Positions 22,840 through 33,680 are shown, counted from the stretch's first letter. The stretch is 53,801 bases of DNA from Massilibacillus sp. (GCA_029240055.1 JARBTT010000003.1:1-53801), one strand, 5' to 3'. Notes: generated from the letters alone by a model not told the origin. Program-made: numbers and translations.

Positions 22840-23280
22840 ATGAAATTACACGAATTAGCTCCGGCAGCTGGATCTAAAAAAGTACGTACCCGTGTTGGTC
22901 GCGGACTTGGTTCTGGTCTAGGTAAAACATCCGGTAGAGGTCATAAAGGTCAAAATTCTCGTTCCGGCGGTGGTGTTCGTACTGGTTTTGAAGGCGGTCA
23001 AATGCCTCTTTATCGTAGATTACCAAAACGTGGATTCTTTAATGTATTCGGTAGCGAATATGCTGAAGTGAACGTAGAAACATTAAATCGTTTCGAAGAT
23101 GGTTCAACAGTTGATCCTGTTGCTTTAATCGAAGCTGGCGTTCTTAAAAATGTGCATGATGGTGTACGTATTTTAGGTAACGGCGAAATTACGAAGAAAT
23201 TAACTGTAATCGCTAACGGTTTTACCAAATCCGCAGAAGTTAAAATTACAGCGGCTGGCGGAAAAGTCGAGGTGATCTAA
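22840..23280 (+). CDS. rplO: 50S ribosomal protein L15
   Basis: [26 protein letters not shown]. Confidence 0.99.
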   Translation: MKLHELAPAAGSKKVRTRVGRGLGSGLGKTSGRGHKGQNSRSGGGVRTGFEGGQMPLYRRLPKRGFFNVFGSEYAEVNVETLNRFEDGSTVDPVALIEAGVLKNVHDGVRILGNGEITKKLTVIANGFTKSAEVKITAAGGKVEVI

Positions 23281-23281
23281 G

Positions 23282-24538
23282 GTGTTTTCGGCCCTTGCAA
23301 ATATACTCAAGATAACTGAGCTCAGACAAAAAATTGTTTTTACATTAGTAATGTTTGCTATCTTTCGATTAGGAACTCATATTCCTGTTCCAGGTGTAAA
23401 TGCTAATGTGATTGAACAATTGTTCACGAGTGGTAACCTTTTTGGCCTTATGGATTTATTTTCCGGTGGTGCTTTAAGTAAATTCTCAGTGTTTGCAATG
23501 AGTATTACCCCATATATCAATGCTTCGATCATTATGCAGCTCTTAACAGTTGTGGTACCGAAGTTTGAACAATGGTCTAAAGAAGGCGAAGAAGGGCGCA
23601 AGAAAATTACCCAGATTACGCGATACTCTACAGTGGTTTTAGCCTTTATCCAAGCTCTTGGCATGGCATATGGTCTAAAAGCTGCTATTATAAATCCAGG
23701 TGTTGAGTCAATACTATTGATTGCAATTACCTTGACAGCTGGTACTACATTTTTGATGTGGTTAGGTGAGCAAATTACGGCACAAGGCATTGGTAATGGT
23801 ATTTCACTGATTATCTTTGCTGGTATCGTTGCTAGTTTACCAAAAGGCATTGGTACGATTTATAAGTACTTGCAAGCAGGTACGGTTAGTGTTTTCAATG
23901 TTGCATTCTTTGCAATTATCGCTGTTGCTATGGTTGTACTCGTAATTGCGATACAAGAAGGGCAACGTCGTATTCCAGTTCAGTATGCAAAACGTGTAGT
24001 TGGCCGCAAAATGTATGGTGGTCACTCCACACACATTCCGCTTAAAGTTAATCAAGCGGGTGTTATTCCAATAATCTTTGCGTCATCCGTGCTGATGTTT
24101 CCAGTAACTATTGCCCAATTTATTGATGTACCATGGGTAAAGACGATTGCGGGATATTTTGCGTGGGGAACTCCACTTCAGACAGCGATTTATGCGTTGA
24201 TGATTGTATTCTTCACATATTTTTATACTGCGGTTACTGTAAAGATATCGGATATGGCAGAGAATCTGAAAAAATACGGTGGTTTTATTCCGGGATTACG
24301 TCCTGGCAAACCAACGGCAGATTATTTAGACCGCGTTATGACCAGAATTACTCTTGCTGGATCAATATTTCTTGCTTTTATCGCCATACTGCCTAATGTT
24401 GTTGCAACAGCAACCAATATTCAAGGTGTGAATTTTGGTGGTACTGCCCTACTTATTATAGTTGGTGTGGCTCTTGATACTATGAAGCAGATTGAAGCGA
24501 TGGTCTTAATGCGCCATTACCAAGGGTTCATGAAGTAG
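23282..24538 (+). CDS. secY: Preprotein translocase subunit SecY
   Basis: PYINASIIMQLL, GIGNGISLIIF, NQAGVIPIIFA, IPGLRPG. Confidence 0.99.
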   Translation: MFSALANILKITELRQKIVFTLVMFAIFRLGTHIPVPGVNANVIEQLFTSGNLFGLMDLFSGGALSKFSVFAMSITPYINASIIMQLLTVVVPKFEQWSKEGEEGRKKITQITRYSTVVLAFIQALGMAYGLKAAIINPGVESILLIAITLTAGTTFLMWLGEQITAQGIGNGISLIIFAGIVASLPKGIGTIYKYLQAGTVSVFNVAFFAIIAVAMVVLVIAIQEGQRRIPVQYAKRVVGRKMYGGHSTHIPLKVNQAGVIPIIFASSVLMFPVTIAQFIDVPWVKTIAGYFAWGTPLQTAIYALMIVFFTYFYTAVTVKISDMAENLKKYGGFIPGLRPGKPTADYLDRVMTRITLAGSIFLAFIAILPNVVATATNIQGVNFGGTALLIIVGVALDTMKQIEAMVLMRHYQGFMK

Positions 24539-24554
24539 GGGGGAGGAATTTTAG

Positions 24555-25202
24555 ATGTATATCCTATTAATGGGACCGCCAGGTGCTGGTAAAGGCACAC
24601 AAGCGGCAATGCTAGTGGATAAGTTTGGTATTCCACATATTTCTACAGGAGATATGTTCCGTGCTGCTGTAAAAGAGGGAACCGAACTTGGTAAACAAGC
24701 AAAAGCATGTATGGATGCTGGACAATTGGTTCCAGACAGTGTAACAATCGGTATTGTAAAAGAACGTTTGGCTAAGCCAGATTGTAAAAAAGGTTTTATT
24801 TTAGATGGTTTTCCTCGTACCCTTGAGCAAGCAAATGCTCTTGATGCTACGCTAGGTGAATTACAAATAAAACTTGATCGCGTAGTAAATATCAGTGTAC
24901 CGGCTGAGGATTTAATCAGCCGTGCAACTGGTCGCCGGATTTGTAGAGGTTGTGGAGCTACGTATCATGTAGCTTACAATCCAACTGCAAAAGAAGGTAT
25001 ATGCGATAAATGTAGCGGTGAGACATACCAGCGAGATGATGATAGCGAAGCTACCATGACAAAACGTCTTACAGTGTATTCTTCACAGACAAAGCCGCTC
25101 ATTCAATACTATCAAGATAACGGTTTATATACTGAAATTGATGGCAAACAGTCTATTGATAAAGTACTTGCCGATGTTGTTGCTAGCTTGAGGGGCCAAT
25201 AA
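24555..25202 (+). CDS. adk: Adenylate kinase (zinc-lid type)
   Basis: [21 protein letters not shown]...CDKC. Confidence 0.99.
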   Translation: MYILLMGPPGAGKGTQAAMLVDKFGIPHISTGDMFRAAVKEGTELGKQAKACMDAGQLVPDSVTIGIVKERLAKPDCKKGFILDGFPRTLEQANALDATLGELQIKLDRVVNISVPAEDLISRATGRRICRGCGATYHVAYNPTAKEGICDKCSGETYQRDDDSEATMTKRLTVYSSQTKPLIQYYQDNGLYTEIDGKQSIDKVLADVVASLRGQ

Positions 25203-25204
25203 GG

Positions 25205-25951
25205 ATGATCATCCTAAAGTCTGATCGAGAAATCGATTACATGCGAGATGCCGGTAAGATAGTGGCGGATACGCTGGTTGAAGTTAAAAACGCTGTTAAG
25301 CCGGGAGTTAGTACACTCGAGCTTGATAAAATTGCCGAGAAATATATACGAAGTTGTGGTGCAATTCCAGCTTTTAAAGGCTATGGTGGTTTTCCAGCGA
25401 GCATCTGTACTTCTATTAATGAAGAAGTTGTTCATGGAATACCTAGTTTAAAAAAGTTAAAAAATGGAGATAATGTCAGTACTGATATAGGTGCGGTAAT
25501 AAATGGATTTAATGGCGATTCTGCGAAGACCTTTTCTGTTGGAGAGGTCAGCGTAGAAATGCAACAACTTCTTGATGTTACCGAACAATCTCTATACAAA
25601 GGTATTGAAAAAGCAATAGCTGGTAATCGTCTCGGAGATATATCTAATGCTGTTCAAACCTTTGCAGAAAAGTATAGTTACGGAATAGTACGTGACTATG
25701 TTGGGCATGGCATTGGCAGAAAAATGCATGAAGATCCTCAGATTCCGAATTACGGTTCGGCTGGTCGCGGCCCACGATTAAAATCTGGTATGACATTAGC
25801 GATAGAGCCGATGATAAATCTAGGAACCCACGAAGTGAAGACATTAGATGATGATTGGACGGTTATTACTAAGGATCGAAAACCTTCGGCACATTTCGAG
25901 CATACCATCGCAATTATTGATGATAAGCCAGAAATTTTAACAAAATGCTAA
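25205..25951 (+). CDS. map: Methionine aminopeptidase type I
   Basis: EVVHGIP, GHGIG, AIEPM, SAHFEHT. Confidence 0.98.
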   Translation: MIILKSDREIDYMRDAGKIVADTLVEVKNAVKPGVSTLELDKIAEKYIRSCGAIPAFKGYGGFPASICTSINEEVVHGIPSLKKLKNGDNVSTDIGAVINGFNGDSAKTFSVGEVSVEMQQLLDVTEQSLYKGIEKAIAGNRLGDISNAVQTFAEKYSYGIVRDYVGHGIGRKMHEDPQIPNYGSAGRGPRLKSGMTLAIEPMINLGTHEVKTLDDDWTVITKDRKPSAHFEHTIAIIDDKPEILTKC

Positions 25952-25963
25952 GGGGGAACCTCA

Positions 25964-26239
25964 GTGTCACTAGTTCAAACCATTTCAGTAGGTCAGGTTG
26001 TTGAAAGTATTACAGGTCGTGATGCTGAAACTATTTACTTGGTCGTTGGAATAAATGGTAGAAATGTTTTTTTGTCTGATGGCAGAGAGCGTTCTATTAT
26101 TAAGCCAAAAAAGAAAAACATTCGGCATGTCAAAGTTTACGAGCGGATTTCAAAAGCTGTGGCAGATAGCCTCATTAGTAGCCGAAAGGTTACGGATGAA
26201 GATATTCGCCACGCTATCGCAAATTTGCAACCCAGATAA
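25964..26239 (+). CDS. KOW-domain (L14e-like) RNA-binding protein
   Basis: [16 protein letters not shown]...KPKKKNIRH; typical Firmicute position between map and infA. Confidence 0.85.
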   Translation: MSLVQTISVGQVVESITGRDAETIYLVVGINGRNVFLSDGRERSIIKPKKKNIRHVKVYERISKAVADSLISSRKVTDEDIRHAIANLQPR

Positions 26240-26271
26240 TTTGTGACAAGCGGACGAGGAGGAGAAATCTC

Positions 26272-26490
26272 ATGTCCAAACAAGACGTAATTGAGGTTGA
26301 AGGTACAGTTCTTGAAGCATTGCCTAATGCAATGTTTCAAGTAGAATTAGAAAATGGTCATGTTGTATTGGCACATGTTTCAGGTAAAATTCGTATGAAT
26401 TTCATTCGTATCCTACCTGGTGATAAAGTTACTATTGAACTTACGCCATATGATTTAAAACGTGGCCGTATAACCTACCGTTTCAAATAG
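26272..26490 (+). CDS. infA: Translation initiation factor IF-1
   Basis: 72 aa; [21 protein letters not shown]. Confidence 0.99.
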   Translation: MSKQDVIEVEGTVLEALPNAMFQVELENGHVVLAHVSGKIRMNFIRILPGDKVTIELTPYDLKRGRITYRFK

Positions 26491-26556
26491 TCTTTTTGCT
26501 GGCTGAGGTTCGGCTTCAGACAAATGAATTGACAATGTAAGAAAAGGGGGCATTAG

Positions 26557-26673
<117 letters not shown>

Positions 26674-26695
26674 TTAAGAAGGAGGTGCTGAATAT

Positions 26696-27073
26696 ATGGC
26701 ACGTATTGCCGGAGTAGATTTACCTCGCGATAAGAGAGTTGAGATTTCTTTAACATACATCTTTGGTATTGGTCTTACTACTTCCCAAGCTATTTTAGCA
26801 GCTACTGGTATCAGTCCTGATACTCGTACTCGCGATTTAACTGAAGAAGAAGTTGCAAAACTTCGTGAGGCTATTGATAAAAACTATAGAGTAGAAGGCG
26901 ACTTACGTCGTGAAGTATCTCTAAATATTAAACGCTTAGTTGAAATTGGCTGCTACCGTGGTAGAAGACATCGTATGGGTCTACCAGTTAGAGGTCAAAA
27001 AACTAAGACTAACGCTCGTACTCGTAAAGGTCCAAAAAGAGCTGTTGGTGGCAAAAAGAAATTAGTTAAGTAA
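26696..27073 (+). CDS. rpsM: 30S ribosomal protein S13
   Basis: [28 protein letters not shown]. Confidence 0.99.
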   Translation: MARIAGVDLPRDKRVEISLTYIFGIGLTTSQAILAATGISPDTRTRDLTEEEVAKLREAIDKNYRVEGDLRREVSLNIKRLVEIGCYRGRRHRMGLPVRGQKTKTNARTRKGPKRAVGGKKKLVK

Positions 27074-27087
27074 GGGAGGGTTAAGCA

Positions 27088-27480
27088 TTGGTAGCTAAAA
27101 AAGTTGCTAGACCAAAAAGAAGAGAACGTAAAAATATCGAGCATGGTATTGCTCATATCCGTTCTACTTTTAACAATACAATCGTAACAATTACCGATAC
27201 AAACGGTAATGCATTATCATGGGCTAGTGCAGGTGGTCTTGGTTTTAGAGGATCACGTAAAAGCACTCCATTCGCAGCTCAAATGGCAGCTGAAGTTGCA
27301 GCAAAAGCAGCTATGGAACATGGTCTTAAACAAGTAGAAGTATTTGTAAAAGGTCCTGGATCAGGTCGTGAAGCAGCAATCAGATCATTACAAGCGACTG
27401 GTTTGGAAGTTAATTTAATTAAAGATGTAACTCCAATCCCTCATAACGGATGTCGCCCACCAAAACGTAGAAGAGTTTAA
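27088..27480 (+). CDS. rpsK: 30S ribosomal protein S11
   Basis: TTG start; [28 protein letters not shown]. Confidence 0.99.
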   Translation: MVAKKVARPKRRERKNIEHGIAHIRSTFNNTIVTITDTNGNALSWASAGGLGFRGSRKSTPFAAQMAAEVAAKAAMEHGLKQVEVFVKGPGSGREAAIRSLQATGLEVNLIKDVTPIPHNGCRPPKRRRV

Positions 27481-27498
27481 TAGGAGGTGCAAATATAG

Positions 27499-28092
27499 AT
27501 GGCAATTGATAGAGTTCCTGCTCTAAAAAGATGCAGAGCACTTGGCATTGAACCAGCTGTTGTAGGTTTGAGTAAATCTTCCAAACGTCAACCTAAACGC
27601 GCTGGCAAAAAAATGAGTGAATACGGAATCCAACTTAGAGAAAAACAAAAAGCAAAGTTCATATATGGTGTTTTAGAAAAACCATTTAGATCTTATTATG
27701 ACAAGGCTAAAAAAATGCCTGGCGTTACTGGTGAAAATTTACTAGTAATTCTTGAAAGAAGACTTGATAATGTTGTTTATCGTTTAGGCTTAGCTTCTAC
27801 TCGTAGACAATCTCGTCAACTTGTTTCCCATGGTCATATCCTTGTTAACGGCAAACGTCTTGATATTCCTTCAGCTTTAGTAAAAGCTGGCGACGTTATT
27901 TCTATTAAAGAAAATAGCGTTTCAAATGAATTCTTTAAAGGCGTGGCAGAATCATTTGATTCATTAAGTACACCAGCTTGGATTACTGTTGATGCTCAAA
28001 ACTTAAGTGGTACAGTTACAAGATTCCCTAACCGTGATGAAATTGATGTACCTGTTGAAGAACAAATGATCGTTGAATTGTACTCCAGATAA
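27499..28092 (+). CDS. rpsD: 30S ribosomal protein S4 (no zinc ribbon)
   Basis: SEYGIQLREKQK, LERRLDNVVYRLG, QLVSHGH, IVELYSR. Confidence 0.98.
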   Translation: MAIDRVPALKRCRALGIEPAVVGLSKSSKRQPKRAGKKMSEYGIQLREKQKAKFIYGVLEKPFRSYYDKAKKMPGVTGENLLVILERRLDNVVYRLGLASTRRQSRQLVSHGHILVNGKRLDIPSALVKAGDVISIKENSVSNEFFKGVAESFDSLSTPAWITVDAQNLSGTVTRFPNRDEIDVPVEEQMIVELYSR

Positions 28093-28155
28093 TGTACCCT
28101 CGCCGTGGGTATGGCGTAACGTGGTATTGCGCATAAATGAGGAGGGTTATTCCAG

Positions 28156-29115
28156 ATGATCGAAATCGAAAAACCGAAGATTGAGATAGTGGAAATTAGT
28201 GAAGATTGTCGTTATGGCAAATTTGTCTGCGAACCTTTAGAACGTGGATATGGTACTACTTTTGGTAACAGTTTGCGCCGCATCTTATTATCGTCTTTGC
28301 AAGGTGCAGCCGTTACATCCGTTAGGATTGAAGGTGTACTTCATGAGTTTTCTACGATTCCTGGTGTTCGGGAAGACGTTACTAATATCATTTTAAATCT
28401 AAAATCACTTTGCTTAAAAATGCACAGTGAAGAAGCAAAAGTAATCAGAGTGGAAGTAACTGGTGAAAAAACTATAACAGCTGGTGATATTATCACTGAT
28501 CCAGATGTTGAGATACTAAACCCTGAATTACATTTGGCAACAGTAGATGCTAGCGGCTCATTGAAAATGGAACTTACCGTTGAACGTGGCCGTGGGTATA
28601 TTCCTGCTGATAAGAATAAGAAACCTGATCATGTGATCGGTATTATTCCTATTGATTCCATTTTTTCGCCAATCCAGAGAGTTAACTATGGTGTTACTGA
28701 CACTCGTGTAGGTAATATCACTGATTTCGACAAGTTAACTCTGGAAGTATGGACTGATGGTAGTATAAGACCGGAAGAAGCAGTTAGTAAATCGGCAAGT
28801 ATTATGATTGCTCATCTTAAACTATTCCAGAACATGGCCGGGGCTCCTCCGGAAGACGATGAAGCTGAAAGAACATTTACTGAAGCTCCTGATAATGGCG
28901 TTTCTAAAACATTAGAAATGACTATTGAGGATTTAGATTTATCTGTTCGTTCTTATAATTGCTTAAAGAGAGCTGGTATCAACACCGTTGCAGAGTTGGC
29001 TCAAAAAAGTGAAGACGACATGATGAAAGTGAGAAATCTTGGTCGCAAGTCTCTTGAAGAAGTGAAAAAGAAACTACAAGAACTAGATTTAACACTTATC
29101 GAATTTGAAGAGTAG
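28156..29115 (+). CDS. rpoA: RNA polymerase alpha subunit
   Basis: [33 protein letters not shown]. Confidence 0.99.
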   Translation: MIEIEKPKIEIVEISEDCRYGKFVCEPLERGYGTTFGNSLRRILLSSLQGAAVTSVRIEGVLHEFSTIPGVREDVTNIILNLKSLCLKMHSEEAKVIRVEVTGEKTITAGDIITDPDVEILNPELHLATVDASGSLKMELTVERGRGYIPADKNKKPDHVIGIIPIDSIFSPIQRVNYGVTDTRVGNITDFDKLTLEVWTDGSIRPEEAVSKSASIMIAHLKLFQNMAGAPPEDDEAERTFTEAPDNGVSKTLEMTIEDLDLSVRSYNCLKRAGINTVAELAQKSEDDMMKVRNLGRKSLEEVKKKLQELDLTLIEFEE

Positions 29116-29129
29116 GAGAATCGAAGAGT

Positions 29130-29468
29130 ATGGGCTACAGAAAATTAGGACGTGACTCAAGTGCACGTAAAGCATTATTTCGTAGTATTCTAACTTCCTT
29201 TTTCCAATATGAACGCATTGAAACTACTGAAGCGAAAGCAAAAGAAATTAGCGGTCTTGCTGATCAATTAATTACTTTAGCTAAACGTGGCGACTTACAT
29301 GCTCGCCGTCAAGTAATTGCGCGTCTTATGGATGAAGAAGTAGCTAGAAAACTATTTGACACAATAGCACCTAAGTACAGCGAACGCCAAGGTGGTTACA
29401 CTCGTGTACTTAAACTTGGTCCTCGTCGTGGCGATGCTGCGCCGATGGCAATTATTGAATTAGTGTAA
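29130..29468 (+). CDS. rplQ: 50S ribosomal protein L17
   Basis: [21 protein letters not shown]. Confidence 0.99.
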   Translation: MGYRKLGRDSSARKALFRSILTSFFQYERIETTEAKAKEISGLADQLITLAKRGDLHARRQVIARLMDEEVARKLFDTIAPKYSERQGGYTRVLKLGPRRGDAAPMAIIELV

Positions 29469-29474
29469 TACTTA

Positions 29475-29561
29475 AAAGGCGGCCTTGTGGTCGCCTTTAT
29501 TGGTATACAAAAGAAAATGTTTCAAAGGTTTCTTTTGCGTACCAATAAAGGCGATTTTTTT
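29475..29561 (+). terminator. Overlapping hairpins with T7 tail (terminator or attenuator)
   Basis: Stem A 29475-29498 (10 bp) overlaps stem B 29491-29554 (26-nt arms); T7 follows stem B. Confidence 0.7.
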
Positions 29562-29589
29562 GTATGAGAGGCGATAAAGGAGCAACGCG

Positions 29590-30429
29590 ATGAATCAGTT
29601 GATTAAAGTAGAAAATTTACAATATATATACAATGAAAATATGGCAAATGAATTTATTGCTCTTCATGATCTTAACTTAACAATTCATGAGGGTGAATTT
29701 GTAGCGATCATTGGAACCAATGGTTCGGGAAAATCTACACTGGCAAAGCATTTTAATGCACTTTTATTACCAACAAGTGGCAGTTGTATAATTGACGGTA
29801 TCGAGACCAATTCCAGCGATAAGCTATGGGCGATTCGGCAAAAAGTTGGGATGGTATTTCAAAATCCTGATAATCAAATCGTTGCAACTTTAGTTGAGGA
29901 AGATATTGCTTTTGGGCCAGAAAACTTAGGTGTGCCAAGCGATGAAATCAAAAGTAGAGTCGATAATGCGCTCAGAGCCGTTGGCATGGAAGAATATCGT
30001 AAACATGCCCCACATCTGCTTTCAGGTGGTCAAAAGCAGCGTGTTGCCATTGCTGGAGCACTTGCGATGCAAACCAAGTGCTTAGTACTTGATGAACCAA
30101 CAGCAATGCTCGATCCACAAGGTAGATTAGAAGTTTTAGAAACAGTAAAAAACTTACACAAGAGATTGGGGATTACGATTGTTTATATTACGCATTTTAT
30201 GGAAGAGGCTGTTGAAGCAGATCGGGTTATTGTGATGAAGAATGGCAGCGTTTTAGATGATGGAGCGCCGCGTGCTATCTTTACGCAAGTGAAAAAATTA
30301 AAAGAACTTGGTCTGGATGTGCCCCTAGCTGCACAAGTTGCCTATCAACTTAGAAAGACTGGTATTAAGTTACCAGCTGATATCATTACAGATGAAGAAT
30401 TGGTGGTGGCATTATGTCAATCATTTTAA
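29590..30429 (+). CDS. ecfA1: ECF transporter ATPase A1
   Basis: GTNGSGKST, VFQNPDNQ, LSGGQKQR, LDEPT. Confidence 0.95.
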   Translation: MNQLIKVENLQYIYNENMANEFIALHDLNLTIHEGEFVAIIGTNGSGKSTLAKHFNALLLPTSGSCIIDGIETNSSDKLWAIRQKVGMVFQNPDNQIVATLVEEDIAFGPENLGVPSDEIKSRVDNALRAVGMEEYRKHAPHLLSGGQKQRVAIAGALAMQTKCLVLDEPTAMLDPQGRLEVLETVKNLHKRLGITIVYITHFMEEAVEADRVIVMKNGSVLDDGAPRAIFTQVKKLKELGLDVPLAAQVAYQLRKTGIKLPADIITDEELVVALCQSF

Positions 30430-31277
30430 AAAATGCGACCTATACCTATATGGCGAAAACTCCTTTTGAACGGACAGCAATCAAAGATATCAATTTAGAA
30501 ATTAGCGAAGGCGAATTTGTTGCTATCATTGGTCATACTGGTTCCGGAAAATCTACGCTAGTACAACATCTCAACGGTTTATTAAAACCAAATCAAGGGA
30601 TGGTAATGGTAAATGGAGTTGATTTACACCAAAAAGGGGAAGCGGCAAAGGCCGCAAAACGTAGAGTTGGGATGGTTTTTCAATATCCAGAGCATCAGCT
30701 TTTTGAAGAAACAGTGTATGCTGATATTGCATTTGGCCCTAAAAATTTGGGCTGTCCAGAAGAAGAAGTCGATAAACGGGTTCGAAGGGCTATGGAGTTT
30801 GTTCATTTAGATTTTGCTACCTACCAAGATCGTTCTCCTTTTCAGCTAAGTGGTGGGCAAATGCGACGTGTGGCCATTGCTGGTGTGGTGGCACTGCAAC
30901 CACAATATCTTATTTTAGATGAACCAGCGGCTGGCCTTGATCCTTGTGGTCGCGATGATATTTTTACAAAACTGATCGATTTACATAAAAAAACAGAGAC
31001 AACTATTATTTTGGTGTCCCATAATATGGATGATGTTGCCAAAATGGCAAATAGGTTGATCGTCATGCATGAAGGCGAAATTAGCCTAGATGGACCACCA
31101 CAAGAAATATTTAAACACACAGAAGCATTAAAGGCAGCCGGTGTTGATGTGCCACAGGTGACAGCTTTATTAAATCGATTAAAGGTTGCTGGACTAGATA
31201 TTGATGAACACATTTTAACTGTTGACGATGCCGTAGAAAGCATTGTTGCCTCATTGAGGAGGAAAAAATCTTGCTAA
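30414..31277 (+). CDS. ecfA2: ECF transporter ATPase A2
   Basis: GHTGSGKST, VFQYPEHQLFEET, LSGGQMRR. Confidence 0.95.
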   Translation: MSIILKNATYTYMAKTPFERTAIKDINLEISEGEFVAIIGHTGSGKSTLVQHLNGLLKPNQGMVMVNGVDLHQKGEAAKAAKRRVGMVFQYPEHQLFEETVYADIAFGPKNLGCPEEEVDKRVRRAMEFVHLDFATYQDRSPFQLSGGQMRRVAIAGVVALQPQYLILDEPAAGLDPCGRDDIFTKLIDLHKKTETTIILVSHNMDDVAKMANRLIVMHEGEISLDGPPQEIFKHTEALKAAGVDVPQVTALLNRLKVAGLDIDEHILTVDDAVESIVASLRRKKSC

Positions 31278-32074
31278 CAGATATCACAATCGGGCAATAT
31301 TTCCCGGGCAATTCGTTAGTGCATCGACTAGATCCACGAATGAAAATTATGTCTTTATTACTCTTAATTACAGCTATTTTTATCGTGAATACGCCAATGG
31401 CGTATGGTCTTATTTGTTTTTTCACCCTAGTTACTATTCTTTTATCAAAGGTGCCAATGATGATGGTGATCAAATCAATCAAGCCGTTATGGTGGATTAT
31501 TATATTTACCGTATTGATTCATATTTTTACAACGCCAGGAGAAGCGATTGCTAAGGTGTGGATTTTATCTATTACACAAGAAGGTATACAGCAAGCGGCG
31601 CTGATGTCAATCAGGTTAATTCTATTAATCATATTGTCATCGCTATTAACCTTTACGACATCACCAATCACGTTAACAGATGCTTTGGAGAAGTTACTAA
31701 CCCCCTTCAAAAAATTTGGATTGCCAGCGCATGAGTTGGCGATGATGATGACAATTGCGCTTCGATTTATTCCTACCTTATTAGAAGAAACTGAGCGTAT
31801 CATGAAGGCACAAGAAGCTAGGGGGGCAGATTTTAGCTCTGGTAGTATTGTAAAACGTGTCAAAGGCATGATTCCGTTACTTGTACCACTTTTTATTAGT
31901 GCTTTTCGCAGAGCGGATGATTTAGCGGTTGCCATGGAAGCTCGGTGTTATCGTGGTGGAGAAAATAGAACAAGAATGAAAGTATTATGCATAACTTCAG
32001 TCGATTATAAAGCAGGGATTGTTATGATTGCGCTTTTAATTGGTTTATTTGTGCTGAAGGTACATGGTTTATAA
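31271..32074 (+). CDS. ecfT: ECF transporter T component
   Basis: LDPRMK, IALRFIP, two conserved Arg motifs (ARG, ARC). Confidence 0.95.
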   Translation: MLTDITIGQYFPGNSLVHRLDPRMKIMSLLLLITAIFIVNTPMAYGLICFFTLVTILLSKVPMMMVIKSIKPLWWIIIFTVLIHIFTTPGEAIAKVWILSITQEGIQQAALMSIRLILLIILSSLLTFTTSPITLTDALEKLLTPFKKFGLPAHELAMMMTIALRFIPTLLEETERIMKAQEARGADFSSGSIVKRVKGMIPLLVPLFISAFRRADDLAVAMEARCYRGGENRTRMKVLCITSVDYKAGIVMIALLIGLFVLKVHGL

Positions 32075-32846
32075 AATGAAAGAACAAGCTTATGATCCAG
32101 AAGAAAAAAAAATACGCAATATTAAATTAATCCTTGCTTATGACGGTGGCAAGTATCATGGTTTTCAACGGCAGAACAATGCAATATCGGTGCAGAATGT
32201 ATTAGAAAAAAAATTAGCGATTGTTTTTGGCGGAGAAATAAAACTTGCGGCCTCAGGAAGAACGGATGCTGGAGTGCACGCCTATGGGCAGGTCGTTAAC
32301 TTTTTGACAGAAGGAACGATTCCAATTGATCGCGTGGTGAGGGCTATCAATAGTCATTTACCAGCGGATATTGTGGTGCGCTCTGCAGAGGAAGTTGCAC
32401 TAGATTTTAGTGCACGTCACTGTGCCAAGGATAAAGTTTATATTTATAAAATTCAACAAGGTGAAGTATTAGATCCATTCAAGCGCCAATATGCATGGTA
32501 TATTCGCAAAGAGTTAGATGTGGATAAAATGAATAAAGCGATGCGATATATTGTGGGAACGTATGACTTTTCGGCATTTCGTGCAGTTGGTAGTGCCCCG
32601 ATGCATCCAGTTCGTACAATCTTTGAAGCAAACTGTAAGCTTCAAGGGGATACGATTGAATTTCTTTTTTGGGGGAATGGGTTTCTCTATCATATGGTGC
32701 GTAACCTCGTAGGCACGCTTGTGAATGTCGGTAAAGGTAAGACTACACTAGAGGGCTTCAAAGTCATCTTAGAGGGGAAAGATAGGAAAAAGGCAGGTAT
32801 GACTGCCCCAGCGCAAGGTCTCTATTTAAAAGAGGTAAATTATTAA
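32064..32846 (+). CDS. truA: tRNA pseudouridine(38-40) synthase
   Basis: SGRTDAGVHA, GFLYHMVR, TAPAQGL; start may be 32076. Confidence 0.96.
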   Translation: MVYKMKEQAYDPEEKKIRNIKLILAYDGGKYHGFQRQNNAISVQNVLEKKLAIVFGGEIKLAASGRTDAGVHAYGQVVNFLTEGTIPIDRVVRAINSHLPADIVVRSAEEVALDFSARHCAKDKVYIYKIQQGEVLDPFKRQYAWYIRKELDVDKMNKAMRYIVGTYDFSAFRAVGSAPMHPVRTIFEANCKLQGDTIEFLFWGNGFLYHMVRNLVGTLVNVGKGKTTLEGFKVILEGKDRKKAGMTAPAQGLYLKEVNY

Positions 32847-33006
32847 GTTAATTTTATAAAATAAATGGATACCAAGTGATCGTTTAAAAATTAATGTCAC
32901 TTAGGTGAAAAAGAAAAATTTTGCGGTGATTATTGAATATTTTAATTTATTTGTAGAAACACTATACAAATTGATTGGATATTGATATAATATTTAATGT
33001 TGTTAA

Positions 33007-33031
33007 TTATCCACAGGAAATGTGTGGATAA
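33007..33031. promoter_or_regulatory. Two perfect DnaA boxes in inverted orientation
   Basis: TTATCCACA 33007-33015 and TGTGGATAA 33023-33031. Confidence 0.7.
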
Positions 33032-33071
33032 AGATATGGTAGTTACATAATGAAAATTTAATAGAAATAGC

Positions 33072-33100
33072 TTGACAATACTTGCTATTTTTATTAAAAT
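33072..33100 (+). promoter_or_regulatory. SigA promoter of rplM-rpsI
   Basis: TTGACA-N17-TAAAAT. Confidence 0.8.
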
Positions 33101-33106
33101 GTTTTT

Positions 33107-33160
33107 ATGAGGCTTTTACCGAGATTTCCATTAGCCCCGGAAGTCAGGACAAATCTTCAC
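33107..33160 (+). ncRNA. L13 ribosomal protein leader (boundaries approximate)
   Basis: Contains TAGCCCCGGAA, the core I recognise from Firmicute L13 leaders, and the flanking pairing gagattt / aaatctt; lies between the promoter and rplM. Confidence 0.65.
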
Positions 33161-33217
33161 AATGATGATTTTATGATTTGAACTTTAGAAAGTTTGTGAC
33201 AAGGAGGGGAATGTCGA

Positions 33218-33658
33218 ATGAAAACAACGTTTATGGCAAACGTATCCAACATCGAACGTAAATGGTACGTTGTAGACGCTGAAGGTAAAACTGTAGGTAG
33301 ATTAGCTGCTGAAGTTGCGAAAGTGCTTCGTGGTAAACATAAACCAACTTTTACACCTCATGTTGATACTGGTGACCATGTCATCGTTATCAATGCAGAT
33401 AAAGTAGTATTCACTGGTAAGAAATTAATCCAAAAGACTTATTTCCGTCATTCTGGATATCCAGGAGGAACTACGTTTACAACAGCTGGCAAAATGTTAG
33501 CTACTAGACCTGAAAGAGTCGTTGAAATGGCTGTTAAAGGTATGTTACCTAAGAATAGATTAGGTGCACAAATGTATACAAAATTAAACGTATATGCTGG
33601 AGCTGAGCATCCACATGCTGCTCAAAAACCAGAAGTACTTGAAATTAATATAAGATAA
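33218..33658 (+). CDS. rplM: 50S ribosomal protein L13
   Basis: [31 protein letters not shown]. Confidence 0.99.
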   Translation: MKTTFMANVSNIERKWYVVDAEGKTVGRLAAEVAKVLRGKHKPTFTPHVDTGDHVIVINADKVVFTGKKLIQKTYFRHSGYPGGTTFTTAGKMLATRPERVVEMAVKGMLPKNRLGAQMYTKLNVYAGAEHPHAAQKPEVLEINIR

Positions 33659-33680
33659 TACTGGAAGGAGGAACATTTTA

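Noticed and set aside
32847-33071. oriC
   Set aside because: Only two clear DnaA boxes, no dnaA/dnaN/gidA context, and gene orientation does not switch.
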